The notes beneath the pieces were generated by a model, which made no database searches, was not told the origin of the DNA, and was given only the letters and a program-made list of their open reading frames with translations. The position numbers were made by a program, and so were the translations under genes. Below are positions 38,445-48,038 of a DNA stretch of 59,074 bases, in pieces (position 1 is the first letter of the stretch; each line of letters starts with the position of its first letter). This DNA comes from an uncultured archaeon (GTDB lineage Archaea > Aenigmatarchaeota > Aenigmatarchaeia > CG10238-14). The stretch covers positions 1 through 59,074 of the forward strand of contig CAYFYJ010000003.1 in the NCBI GenBank assembly GCA_964347415.1, read 5' to 3'.

Positions 38445-38747
38445 TCAAGAACTAGATTGAACCTGGAAATTCTTGTAATCTATGTAGCCGTAGAGAAGTA
38501 TGCAAAGCCCTATTAATATATAGGCAAAAATTTCATTCCTCATGTTTATCCAGTATACTAAAAGACTCAAGACGATAATATCAAAAATTTTGAATGAAAT
38601 AAACTTCCTGAAATCATCCCTTAACAAATCCCTCAAGATCGGGTTTTCTTCTACTCTGAACCCCTTCTTTGAGAATGTATTTAGTGTTAAGTAAGTATCG
38701 AGAAAATACAGGATGAGTAGGACCCCCAAAAGTATAAAAATATACAT
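38445..38747 (-). CDS. Small membrane protein (DUF5658-like)
   Basis: YFLDTYLTLNTFSKKGFRVEENPILRDLL followed by two more TM helices. Confidence 0.35.
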   Translation of the reverse strand: MYIFILLGVLLILYFLDTYLTLNTFSKKGFRVEENPILRDLLRDDFRKFISFKIFDIIVLSLLVYWINMRNEIFAYILIGLCILLYGYIDYKNFQVQSSS

Positions 38748-38873
38748 AATAGAAGTTATGGAGAAAGGAATATAAGATTATTTTTCGATAAAAATCATAT
38801 AAAATGGGCGTTTTTAATCTATTTACTACAGTATAGAAAAGTATAAATAGTAGTAATATGGTATTACTTCGCA

Positions 38874-39323
38874 GTGATAAATATGGCTGTACAATGTTTG
38901 GTAAAAGAATTGTACTCTCTAGAAGGGAAAGAGGAAGGAGTTAACAGTGGTACTGACGTTATAAATAAACTTGCCAATGCGAGTCGGCAAAGTCTTAGAA
39001 GACAAACACAGATTGCAGAGGGTGGACTGAGACAGGCACAAAAAACTTACACAGAAAAGCAAATTCAGCAAGTCATAGCAGATTATGTTCTTGCAAAGCA
39101 AGTAAGAAAAGAGAAGGGTATTAATGCAGGAATTGATATTCTCGAAAAAGAATTGAGAAATATCAGAGCATATTTGCAACACCAAGGGAGAGAGAGCGTA
39201 GAAAAACACAACCAAATCGTAAAAGCTTACCAAGAAACTCCAGAAGCACTAGCAGAATTGAGAACAGATATGAAAGGAACTGGATCATACATAAAAACAA
39301 TAAATTCATTAATTGGGAAATAA
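38874..39323 (+). CDS. Hypothetical helical protein
   Basis: 149-aa ORF (GTG 38874 or ATG 38883) with a TATA-like AAGTATAAATAG about 28 nt upstream. No recognised domain. Confidence 0.3.
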   Translation: MINMAVQCLVKELYSLEGKEEGVNSGTDVINKLANASRQSLRRQTQIAEGGLRQAQKTYTEKQIQQVIADYVLAKQVRKEKGINAGIDILEKELRNIRAYLQHQGRESVEKHNQIVKAYQETPEALAELRTDMKGTGSYIKTINSLIGK

Positions 39324-39482
39324 GAGTACAAAGTTGAAAAAAACAACTAGGTTTAGATTGTGTTTCTTATTTTTTATAGTCTTTTTTATTGAAAACTGTT
39401 TAGAAAATAAAATTAAAAGAAAGAAGTAGCTAACTAAGCAAAACTAAGCACTACTGATTTCTTCTTTTCGAGTTCAAAGATT

Positions 39483-40049
39483 TTATTCCCCGAAGAGCTT
39501 TACTTCTTTTATTCCTTCTTCGCCACTGGTTAGCCAGTACAGTATTATTATTGTAATCACTATTAACGCTATCAGAGCCATGTCTTCACCGGTTATTCCA
39601 ATGCCAAAGCTTGGAGCCACTACATCACCGAACCAACTTGCCATCGCTGCACTAGAGAAGAACAGTCCTATGGTGAACAAGAATGCCACTATTACTAGTA
39701 TCGGTAACATCCTCTTCCCTAATTTTTGCCATCCAGCCTCTGTTGTCACGAATGGTCCTAGCAATAGACCAACGAGCATCACGAACATCAACAGTGTCAC
39801 TATCGATATCGAACCCATTGCAAACATCGATGCGAAAAATACGCTTATTTGTGGTGCAAAGGGCGAAAATACCACTACGTACAATGAGATTATCAATGCT
39901 ACTATTGCGTTTATTCTGTTAACGTATGCTCCCTTACCGAACACTTTTGTCTTCACTAGCAGCGCATAGAACACTGCGAATACGAAGAGGAACGGTAAGT
40001 ATAGCGCGTATATATCTGCACTGCTCATCAGGGCATCAATTAATGCCAT
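39483..40049 (-). CDS. Family-B polytopic membrane protein, paralog 3
   Basis: YLPFLFVFAVFYALLVKTKVFGKG...NAIVALIISL core shared with the two upstream genes and with family A. About 5 TM helices. Last gene of the divergent operon. Confidence 0.55.
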   Translation of the reverse strand: MALIDALMSSADIYALYLPFLFVFAVFYALLVKTKVFGKGAYVNRINAIVALIISLYVVVFSPFAPQISVFFASMFAMGSISIVTLLMFVMLVGLLLGPFVTTEAGWQKLGKRMLPILVIVAFLFTIGLFFSSAAMASWFGDVVAPSFGIGITGEDMALIALIVITIIILYWLTSGEEGIKEVKLFGE

Positions 40050-40061
40050 TAATTAACCTCC

Positions 40062-40637
40062 TTATTTTTTCTCCTCTTGAGTTTCTACAGGTGGAGCCTT
40101 TTCACCTCCACCCCATGTAATAAATATTATCGGAATTGCTAATAAAATTATCACTACTACAGTAACGACCACATCAGATGTTTGTTCGAATAGTTCTGGC
40201 CCTAATATAGCAGACCATAGACCACTAGTTGCAAATATTATAAAGGCGAATATCACGAGGATTACTAGTATACCACCAACTTTATTGCCTTGAAATAAGT
40301 TATTAGCAAGATACTCAGTTAAGTTCGGTGGTAAGAACATTCCAGTAAATAGAAGGGCCATCATTAAAACCAAGAAAACTATTATCCCTTGGGTGAAGAA
40401 GGCAGCTAGTTGAGTCTGAATATCTAAACCTAGAATAACAGGTGATGCCCAAACCATAAACGAAGCTACTAGAGCTACAACGGCATTTACTGCAACATTC
40501 TGATCAGGTTTTCCAAAAATTTGACTTTTCCTCAGAAGACCGTAGAATACTGATGACGTCAATATATATGGTAGCATAAATTTGAAAAACCCTAATTCTA
40601 TCAATCTTTCTATCACCGGTGTGAACAGATCTGGCAT
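40062..40637 (-). CDS. Family-B polytopic membrane protein, paralog 2
   Basis: MPDLFTPVIERLIELGFFKFMLPYILTSSVFYGLLRKSQIFGKP...NAVVALVASF. Confidence 0.55.
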   Translation of the reverse strand: MPDLFTPVIERLIELGFFKFMLPYILTSSVFYGLLRKSQIFGKPDQNVAVNAVVALVASFMVWASPVILGLDIQTQLAAFFTQGIIVFLVLMMALLFTGMFLPPNLTEYLANNLFQGNKVGGILVILVIFAFIIFATSGLWSAILGPELFEQTSDVVVTVVVIILLAIPIIFITWGGGEKAPPVETQEEKK

Positions 40638-40641
40638 ATCA

Positions 40642-41172
40642 TCACTCCTTCTTTCCTACACCCCTTTGAACTCCGACCAATATTAGAATGCCGATGATCA
40701 ACGCGGCCAACATAATTATCATAGCCTCAACATCAGCTCGAACGCCAGTGCTTGGATAGCCCGGATATAATACTTTATACAGGCCGCTAGTAAAGAACAA
40801 GACACCGACAAACAAACCAAGAAATATCCATATCATCGCACTACTCTTAAAAGCTTCAGTTAGAGTTTTAGAAAAATCTGGGTAGAACATGCTCGCCCCA
40901 ATCAAACCAAAAACAAAGACTAACATAAGCACAAAACCTTGGGTTATGAACGCTGTCAATGGACCTCCTATTTCAAACGCACTTTGAGCTAGGTACCCCC
41001 ATATGAAGAATGAAACAGCAATAGACAAAACGATGTTGATAGAAGGGTCAAATATTTTAGACCTCTTTAACAAACCCCACATCACAGCCGCTGTTATTAA
41101 CCATGGTAGGAAGAAAGAGAATACTCCTAAATCAACGAGTCTCTCTGTGATGAGTTGAAACGGGTTTGCCAT
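40642..41172 (-). CDS. Family-B polytopic membrane protein, paralog 1
   Basis: MANPFQLITERLVDLGVFSFFLPWLITAAVMWGLLKRSKIFDPSINIVLSIAVSF. Sits 4 nt from the next paralog. Confidence 0.55.
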   Translation of the reverse strand: MANPFQLITERLVDLGVFSFFLPWLITAAVMWGLLKRSKIFDPSINIVLSIAVSFFIWGYLAQSAFEIGGPLTAFITQGFVLMLVFVFGLIGASMFYPDFSKTLTEAFKSSAMIWIFLGLFVGVLFFTSGLYKVLYPGYPSTGVRADVEAMIIMLAALIIGILILVGVQRGVGKKE

Positions 41173-41223
41173 GAGTGCTCATAGAATAATTAGTAGAGAG
41201 TGAATAAATATTTACCCGAATGC

Positions 41224-41859
41224 TTATTCTTTCTTAAACCTTTGTACTAAATCTGTTAAAGATCTCACACTTTCAATCAAAGCTGGTAAAGCATCTTTGA
41301 AAGCCTTTTCTAGACTGGACATCCTTGCGTTTATGTCAGTCAATGAATCCTTGAGTGAATCTAATTTAGCGACAATAGCTTGTTCAGTTTGTGATGTGCC
41401 TTTTGTTAGGACTAATAATTGATTGTGTAAGTTTGAAATGTTCCTTTCTAAATCAGCATACTTAACTCTGAATTCTGCCAATTTTTCATCAACATCCGCC
41501 ATTCTTTCATGGACGATGGATTCTACCAATTCTTCTGTCCCATAATTTTCAGGGACTTGTGGATATTGTATAGAGGGTTCTGGAATTTGTGGGATTTGTG
41601 GGATTTGTGACTGTGGTCGCCCAAAGGTAGGTAAATCTGATTGTGGTCCAGGTGCTCCAGAAATTTTTAATTCCAATGCCTGAGTTAAAGCCCTGTCAAT
41701 TTCTTCAGCACTGAAACCTTCTTTCCTGAGAACATCAATAATTTCTGGTTCTGAGAAACCCTTTTCGCTCAATTCTTTTACTCTGTCAGCCGGGACAAAG
41801 CCTTTTCCTAGTTTTGGTGGTGCTTCAGCTTTTTTTCCGAGACCGAGTAATTTAATCAT
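41224..41859 (-). CDS. Coiled-coil protein with N-terminal tandem helical repeat and PQIPQIPQIP linker
   Basis: GFSEPEIIDVLRKEGFSAEEIDRAL tandem motif, a Pro/Gln linker and a roughly 100-aa C-terminal heptad region. Confidence 0.5.
   Translation of the reverse strand: MIKLLGLGKKAEAPPKLGKGFVPADRVKELSEKGFSEPEIIDVLRKEGFSAEEIDRALTQALELKISGAPGPQSDLPTFGRPQSQIPQIPQIPEPSIQYPQVPENYGTEELVESIVHERMADVDEKLAEFRVKYADLERNISNLHNQLLVLTKGTSQTEQAIVAKLDSLKDSLTDINARMSSLEKAFKDALPALIESVRSLTDLVQRFKKE
41582..41608 (-). repeat. 3 x 9-bp tandem repeat encoding the PQI tripeptide repeat
   Basis: On the plus strand, GGAATTTGT GGGATTTGT GGGATTTGT. Lies inside the 41224..41859 gene. Confidence 0.7.
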
Positions 41860-41919
41860 TTTTTACACCTATAAACAAAATTCCGATTTGTTTCAATTTA
41901 TATTTATCCCAAGGAGTAA

Positions 41920-42327
41920 TTAAGTCTTTTTGCTGAGTTTTCTATCCACCAACCTTTCCACTTCATCTCTCGTAGTAAACTTGGATTTAATGGGACTGTA
42001 GAGGTCTAACAAACTCTCCAGTTCTTTGATTTCAGATTTTCTGGCTGTTTTGTCGATTGTTTTATTGATTCTTAGAATCTCACCTCTGAGTTCAGACACA
42101 TTCTTGACGATGTCTTTAATAGCTATGTTGATTTCTTCAAAGTCTCTCCTTATAGCTTCAATCTCGTTAATGATTTTTTCTTGGATTCCTCCAATCCTCA
42201 TCTCCATAGCATCTAGTCTCTGTTCGAGTGCCCGTATTCTTCTGGTGTTAGTGTTGATGATTTTCACGGCCTCGTTACTAAAAGGTTGAACATTTACAGT
42301 TTCCTTCTCAAAAACCATTGATACCAA
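41920..42327 (-). CDS. Small coiled-coil protein, hypothetical
   Basis: 135 aa, almost entirely heptad-like (RRIRALEQRLDAMEMRIGGIQEKIINEIEAIRRDFEEI...). First gene of the operon divergent from the pilus ATPase. Confidence 0.45.
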   Translation of the reverse strand: MVSMVFEKETVNVQPFSNEAVKIINTNTRRIRALEQRLDAMEMRIGGIQEKIINEIEAIRRDFEEINIAIKDIVKNVSELRGEILRINKTIDKTARKSEIKELESLLDLYSPIKSKFTTRDEVERLVDRKLSKKT

Positions 42328-42408
42328 TAGTAATTTTGATTTTTTCTGTAATAAAGATAACTAGAAATCAATTTTAACCAGAAGGACTAAATATTCTTAG
42401 GTGCTTGG

Positions 42409-44646
42409 TTGGTCTGTACTTTTGAAATGAAGAATGGATTGATGGTAGTCAATTGTGCTAACTGCCTATTTGGCTCAAGTTTAGAGGATTTTGATGTATG
42501 TTTTGCGAAGACTATAGACAAAATCGTTGAGGTAAAAAATGTTGAAAGGATAGTACTCTCTGGTATCAGGGAGTACGAATATGATTATAAACAGACAAAA
42601 TTGTTGATCGAGATTGCTGAAGTATATGACAAGCTCGTGAACAGAGAGGATGTTTTGAACTATTCCTCGTTCGGCAATCAGAAGTGTGATAAATGTTTTC
42701 CCAGAAGAATGTCTGCGGTAAAATTCATAGTCCAAGAGATGATTAGAAAAGATCCGATAGGCGCATACATAAAAACTGGTAGATTGATCAAATCTTACTC
42801 AAAAAAATCTGAGAAGGAAACACCTATGTGCCGTGCATGCACTAAATTCTACATTAACAAAGTTTTTCTGCCGATCAGAAATGCCCTTGAAAAAACAACC
42901 TTGATTCAATCGGTCAAGAACAAACTGTATAAACACAGACTGGGTGATAGGGCTTTGTACAGGATGGTTTTTCATCCCCTGATAAGACCTCAATTCATGT
43001 TGACCAGATACAGGCCAATACCGCCAAAAGGAGGTATACCGATCGAAAGGTATACTGTTGGTGGGATAACAGTGGAAATATTCAAAGTTCCTGAACAAGT
43101 AAGGTTTTATTATCACATCTCTCCACCAGAGTTCAAACTATCGGATGAAGAATATACTGTCATAGATGACGCGAGGCGATATCTTGCTGGGCATAGACCT
43201 ACTGAAAGGGAATTTTCTGAACCAGAGAAGACAAGAGAAGTTTTCATGAATATGGGTAAGAATGTTGTCAGAAGATTGGTAAGAGGTAGGGGTTTAAAAT
43301 TAACGGCGGATGAAATCGATGAAATGGCAAACATACTGGCGAGGTACACTGCTGGTTTTGGTATTCTGGAAGTGTTGTTAGCAGACAGTAAAATTCAAGA
43401 TATTTACGTTAATTCCCCGATTGGGACGATGCCGATTTTTATCGGACATGATGAGTTTGAAGAATGTGAAACCAACTTAATACCTACAAGAGAAGATGCA
43501 GAGGGTTGGGCAACTAGATTCAGGTTGTTGTCTGGTAGACCTTTGGATGAGGCTAATCCTGTATTGGATACAGAATTGTTCACTTCTAAAGGTAGGGCCA
43601 GGGTTTGTGCTATAACTAGAACTCTGTCACCTGAAGGAATGGGCTATGCTTTGAGGAGACACAGAGAAAGACCATGGACTTATCCTCTTTTCATGAACAT
43701 CAAATACTTTGATTCTTTGTTTGCTGGGTTGATGAGTTTCTTGATTGACGGTTCAAGAGCATTGTTGATAGCCGGAGGTAGGTCTTCCGGAAAAACTTCA
43801 TTGCTCGCAGCCACGATGCTCGAAATAATGAAGAAGTTTAGGATTGTAACCCAAGAAGACACATTAGAGTTACCAGTGGTACAACTGAGAAATTTGGGTT
43901 ATAATATAGAAAGGCTGAAGTCACGCTCAGTAATAACGAGAGTTGAAACTGAACTGCCTGCGGAAGAAGCTTTGAGGACCGCATTACGTTTAGGGGATAC
44001 ATGTTTAATCGTTGGTGAAGTTCGTTCTGTGGAAGCGAAGGCTCTGTATGAAGCTATGAGAATTGGTGCTTTAGCTAATGTTGTTGCTGGAACTATTCAT
44101 GGAGAATCTGCCTACGGTGTCTTCGACAGAGTTGTCAATGATCTGGGCGTTCCTGCTACCAGTTTCAAGGCGACAGATATTGTAGTGGTGTGTGGAATGC
44201 TAAGGTCAGCTGATGGGTTACGCAAGTTCAGAAGAGTTATTGAATTGACTGAGATCAAGAAGCATTGGAAAGAAGATCCCGTTGAAGAAGGAGGACTTGT
44301 AAACCTGATGGAATACTCTGCTAAAGAGGATAAGCTGAAACCAACTAGTACTCTGCTAAACGGAGAATCATACATAATAAATGAGATTGCCAAGAGGGTG
44401 AAAGAATGGCATGGTAACTGGGATGCTGTCTGGAGCAACATTGAATTGAGGGGAAGGGTGAAACAAACGATCGTTGATTATGCAAATAAATTAAAAAGAC
44501 CAGAAATATTAGAAGCTGAAACATCGTCGAAAAGCAATGAGATGTTTCACTTGATAGCAGATGAAGTTAGAAGGGAGGTCGGTGCTTTAGATTCAAAGAT
44601 GATATATGATAAATGGGTGGAATGGTTTAAGGAGGAACTGAAGTAA
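42409..44646 (+). CDS. Type II/IV secretion-family ATPase (archaeal type IV pilus assembly ATPase, FlaI/PilB/TadA-like) with extended Cys-containing N-terminus
   Basis: Walker A AGGRSSGKTSLLAATM, Asp box IVTQEDTLEL, Walker B CLIVGEVR and His box VAGTIHGES. The N-terminal region of about 200 aa carries CANC, CDKC and CRAC pairs. The true start is probably ATG 42427. Confidence 0.85.
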   Translation: MVCTFEMKNGLMVVNCANCLFGSSLEDFDVCFAKTIDKIVEVKNVERIVLSGIREYEYDYKQTKLLIEIAEVYDKLVNREDVLNYSSFGNQKCDKCFPRRMSAVKFIVQEMIRKDPIGAYIKTGRLIKSYSKKSEKETPMCRACTKFYINKVFLPIRNALEKTTLIQSVKNKLYKHRLGDRALYRMVFHPLIRPQFMLTRYRPIPPKGGIPIERYTVGGITVEIFKVPEQVRFYYHISPPEFKLSDEEYTVIDDARRYLAGHRPTEREFSEPEKTREVFMNMGKNVVRRLVRGRGLKLTADEIDEMANILARYTAGFGILEVLLADSKIQDIYVNSPIGTMPIFIGHDEFEECETNLIPTREDAEGWATRFRLLSGRPLDEANPVLDTELFTSKGRARVCAITRTLSPEGMGYALRRHRERPWTYPLFMNIKYFDSLFAGLMSFLIDGSRALLIAGGRSSGKTSLLAATMLEIMKKFRIVTQEDTLELPVVQLRNLGYNIERLKSRSVITRVETELPAEEALRTALRLGDTCLIVGEVRSVEAKALYEAMRIGALANVVAGTIHGESAYGVFDRVVNDLGVPATSFKATDIVVVCGMLRSADGLRKFRRVIELTEIKKHWKEDPVEEGGLVNLMEYSAKEDKLKPTSTLLNGESYIINEIAKRVKEWHGNWDAVWSNIELRGRVKQTIVDYANKLKRPEILEAETSSKSNEMFHLIADEVRREVGALDSKMIYDKWVEWFKEELK

Positions 44647-45539
44647 TGCAAAGCCATATTATGAGATGGGTTGTTCCAATAATTGCAGGGTTGATAGTAG
44701 TTGGTATATTCCTTTTTTGGGTAATGGGTCAGATGCAGGATTTACCTATAACCCATATGGATACCAGTGAAGAGAATAGGTTCATAAGATACATATCTTG
44801 CGCTGTGGCTATGTGCGGTGGATTGCATCAGACTGAGAGCAATGATATATGTCTGAGTGCAGATGTGATGAGCCAACCTCTAGAATACGACGGTCAAGAT
44901 GTCGTAAAAGGATGCAGAGAGCTTTGTGAAGAGATAAGAGATAATCGTAGCCTCCCAGTACAGGATCGTTATTGTGGTGATAGTGTTAAATTTGATTTTA
45001 CTTTTCAGGAACCTGTCATATATACTGCCAACCGCAGTACAGGAAGCAACGACCTCAGAAGAGTTCATAAATGGAAAGGGGTTTTTATCCAAAGAGGAAG
45101 ATGTTTTGATTATTGCGGTAGGAGAGCAGGCGGGTATATGGGTGGTGACGAAGGTTGGCTTCATGATTACGAAGTTATCTATGATAATCCTGACCAGGAT
45201 ATGTGTCTTGACCCAAGCATTAGTGATTTTGGTATTTATCTAGGATGTAATGGTTATGCTGATTCTGGTTCTATATGGATAAAACATGATACCGACCCGA
45301 CTTTTGTTACTAATAATTGCGATATATCAGGATACGTTGATTATGAAGACAGAACGGGGATACCTATTATCGATGAATGTACGATCCCAGCTGGGATACA
45401 AGTTGAAATTTGGACTGAAAATATACAAGATGGGCTTTTTGCGTGTTTATATGTTTTTGATATTTGTCTTATCCCTAGCTGTGATAGACCATGGGGAACT
45501 TATTATGCTTGTCCTCAAGTTGTAGTCTCAGTGATTTAA
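44646..45539 (+). CDS. N-terminally anchored cysteine-rich protein sharing a pilin-like N-module with the 1120-aa protein
   Basis: ATG overlaps the ATPase stop (TAATG). After the TM helix, RFIRYISCAVAMCGG...NDICL...GCRELCEEI...RYCGDSVKFDFTFQ parallels KLIRYYACSLAICTKGC...DRICL...CDVECKSIC...ACGRNYPIELSLQ of the 48039 protein. Confidence 0.55.
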   Translation: MQSHIMRWVVPIIAGLIVVGIFLFWVMGQMQDLPITHMDTSEENRFIRYISCAVAMCGGLHQTESNDICLSADVMSQPLEYDGQDVVKGCRELCEEIRDNRSLPVQDRYCGDSVKFDFTFQEPVIYTANRSTGSNDLRRVHKWKGVFIQRGRCFDYCGRRAGGYMGGDEGWLHDYEVIYDNPDQDMCLDPSISDFGIYLGCNGYADSGSIWIKHDTDPTFVTNNCDISGYVDYEDRTGIPIIDECTIPAGIQVEIWTENIQDGLFACLYVFDICLIPSCDRPWGTYYACPQVVVSVI

Positions 45540-45572
45540 TCTCATTTTATCTTATATTAAAATAAATTATAA

Positions 45573-47531
45573 ATGATGCCAACTGAAAAGTTTAAGGCCA
45601 AATTGGAAAGACGAGCGAGTAATTGGTATGAAGCTGTATGTAACTATTTTGGTAAATTCTATGAATTCCCTGCAAAGGGTGAAAGAGCAAGAGAACTGTC
45701 AGAAAAATTAGATTTTTGTGATATAGAAACCAAACCTGGTTACATCTTTACTACCACTATAGTGGTTGCGATAATGGGAATTGTTCTATCTCTAATACTT
45801 TTTTTGCTCAATTTGCAAACATACGGTCTATTCGCTATATTCTCTTTCTTGGGCTTAGCCTATTATCTAATAATCTATCCAACGATACTGACCAAGTATT
45901 ACAGGATTCGAGCGACATCTGATCTAGTTCAAGCCGCTTTCTATCTTGTGATATCCTTGAGGCTCGTTCCGAATTTAGAGAGAGCCTTGATGTTTGCCTC
46001 TTCTAACGTAAAGGGTGTTGTCGGGAGAAGTCTGAGAAAGATGGCATGGGGTATAACAGTAGGTAAATATGGTAGTGCGGATGAAGTGTTGAATGAATTT
46101 GCGAGAAAATGGAAACAAGAGAACCTGGAGTTCTATGAAGCTGTGAATTTGATAAGAGCATCTATCGCTCAAAAGAAAGAGAGGAGAGAGGTAATGTTAG
46201 ATGAGGCTATCAACATATTGTTACAAGGAAACTTGGAGAGGATGAAACATTATTCTACTCAACTCAGAAATCCTCTGATGATAATAACCACTATAGGTAT
46301 CACCCTTCCAGTTTTGACGATAATACTCTTCCCGATAATGACCATATTCTTGGCAGACGCAGTTGAACCTGCCTTCTTGTTTTTTTTCTATGATCTAGTC
46401 CTGCCACTCGTTGTTTGGTATGTGATGAACGAGACTTTGAAAACAAGACCTGTTACATTTGGGATCATCGATATATCAAAACATCCTCAAGCTAGACCAA
46501 TGAAAAAAATCGTATTCAACATTTTTGGAAAGGGTGTATCGATATCGACAGTAATCATCTCCATACTATTCGGGTCAGTATTCACCATGCTCGGATATTA
46601 TTTTACAACATTGCCGAGTGATCCAGTCTCGTTAACAAAACTTATGGGTGGGTTGTTGATGTTGTATGGTTTTGGGTTTGCAATCATCTTTTATTCTTTC
46701 TTCAACTTCTATAAAAACATCGATATCCGAGATGATATTAGAAAGATGGAAGAGGAATTCGCTGAAGTTTTGTTCCAACTTGGTTATACGTTGTCTAGTG
46801 GTGTACCAATAGAGGCAGCTCTGGAGAAGTCTTACGAAAAAACAAAGGATTTGAACGTTTCCAGTCTTTTTAGGATGGTTTTAAACAACATAAAGAAATT
46901 TGGTTTTACGTTTAAAAAGGCTTTGTTTGATAAAAAATATGGTGCGATGAAACATTATCCTTCTCCCATGATCTATTCGACGATGGATATGATTTCGGAC
47001 TACATCGGCAAGAGTGTTATTGGTGTTTCAAAAGCCATACTATCCATTTCGAACTACCTTAAGGGTATGCATTCTGTTGAAGAACATATGAAAGAAATTC
47101 TGGATGAGACCACTTCGAGCATGAAGATGATGATGAACTTACTAGTCCCTATTGCATCAGGAGCTGTAGTCGGCATGGCAACGATAATGATAATGGTCCT
47201 ATTCCAGATCGTTAACATCTTAGCAAACGTCACTGGTTTATCTGGAGCATATCCTGATCAGTTAGGACCGGATGTTTTAGGAACCATCGTTGACATAAAG
47301 AACATAATGCCCGCGGAAATATTTTTGGTTGTTGTTGGTATATACATGATTGAGATAACAGTTATGCTCGCCAGCTTCATAGATTCTTTGCAGTATGGGG
47401 ATGATCCTCTAGACAGACATTATCTCATAAGTACAAATCTTGTTATAGCCCTGTGTATTTTCAGTTTTGCAATCCTGCTAATTTATTTTATATTCAAGGG
47501 GCTAATAGGTTTTATATGGATGGAACCATGA
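45573..47531 (+). CDS. FlaJ/TadC/PilC-like polytopic platform protein (two T2SSF-like cytoplasmic domains)
   Basis: 652 aa with about 9 TM helices. Two helical soluble segments (LERALMFASSNVKGVVGRSLRKMAWGITVGKYGSADEVLNEFARKW and GVPIEAALEKSYEKTKDLNVSSLFRMVLNNIKKFGFTFKKAL) resemble T2SSF repeats. Adjacent to the ATPase. Confidence 0.7.
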   Translation: MMPTEKFKAKLERRASNWYEAVCNYFGKFYEFPAKGERARELSEKLDFCDIETKPGYIFTTTIVVAIMGIVLSLILFLLNLQTYGLFAIFSFLGLAYYLIIYPTILTKYYRIRATSDLVQAAFYLVISLRLVPNLERALMFASSNVKGVVGRSLRKMAWGITVGKYGSADEVLNEFARKWKQENLEFYEAVNLIRASIAQKKERREVMLDEAINILLQGNLERMKHYSTQLRNPLMIITTIGITLPVLTIILFPIMTIFLADAVEPAFLFFFYDLVLPLVVWYVMNETLKTRPVTFGIIDISKHPQARPMKKIVFNIFGKGVSISTVIISILFGSVFTMLGYYFTTLPSDPVSLTKLMGGLLMLYGFGFAIIFYSFFNFYKNIDIRDDIRKMEEEFAEVLFQLGYTLSSGVPIEAALEKSYEKTKDLNVSSLFRMVLNNIKKFGFTFKKALFDKKYGAMKHYPSPMIYSTMDMISDYIGKSVIGVSKAILSISNYLKGMHSVEEHMKEILDETTSSMKMMMNLLVPIASGAVVGMATIMIMVLFQIVNILANVTGLSGAYPDQLGPDVLGTIVDIKNIMPAEIFLVVVGIYMIEITVMLASFIDSLQYGDDPLDRHYLISTNLVIALCIFSFAILLIYFIFKGLIGFIWMEP

Positions 47532-47689
47532 GTAAGGGAGATGTCAGAGCCGCTATAAGTTGGAAGGTCATACTCATATTGACGATAGGTTTTATAGGAA
47601 TTGTAATTCTATTATTAATCAGTGAAGGTGGGTTGATTAGCAAAATAGTTGATGCCATAAAACCGATAATAATAACGATACCGTGGTGA
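47528..47689 (+). CDS. Small N-terminally anchored protein (pilin-like candidate)
   Basis: ATGA overlap with the platform gene stop. Sequence MSKGDVRAAISWKVILILTIGFIGIVILLLISEGG... Confidence 0.4.
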   Translation: MSKGDVRAAISWKVILILTIGFIGIVILLLISEGGLISKIVDAIKPIIITIPW

Positions 47690-47898
47690 GAATGAAAGGA
47701 ATGACAGGACATCAGATGGCGATAATAATGTCGATAATAATCGCGATAATCGTCATAGCATTGGTATGGATATTTCTCACCAAAGGTTCTGAAGGTATTG
47801 GAGACATGTTCGACAAGATAATTGAATCCTTCTACGGAGCATTGTGTCAAATACTCGGCACTTGGGGAGGTTTATTCTTACCTGGGATGTGTGGATAA
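47683..47898 (+). CDS. Small N-terminally anchored protein (pilin-like candidate)
   Basis: MKGMTGHQMAIIMSIIIAIIVIALVWIFL has a short charged leader followed by a hydrophobic helix. The likely start is ATG 47692. Confidence 0.4.
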   Translation: MVRMKGMTGHQMAIIMSIIIAIIVIALVWIFLTKGSEGIGDMFDKIIESFYGALCQILGTWGGLFLPGMCG

Positions 47899-47899
47899 G

Positions 47900-48037
47900 A
47901 TGGTTACGATAAAATTCATAATAGAGATTCTTCTGCTAGTGATAACTCTAGCTGTGGTCTTATACTGGGTTTACATGAATTATGGGAATGTTGTAGACGC
48001 ATTCATGAACTGGATAAGAGAAATGCTGAGTTGGTAG
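47900..48037 (+). CDS. Very small N-terminally anchored protein (45 aa)
   Basis: ATG lies 1 nt after the preceding stop. Sequence MVTIKFIIEILLLVITLAVVLYWVY... Confidence 0.3.
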   Translation: MVTIKFIIEILLLVITLAVVLYWVYMNYGNVVDAFMNWIREMLSW

Positions 48038-48038
48038 C

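Noticed and set aside
39580-40120. Plus-strand ORFs of 129, 79 and 64 aa
   Set aside because: They are antisense to the family-B membrane protein genes. The hydrophobic membrane-protein reading on the minus strand is conserved across three paralogs.
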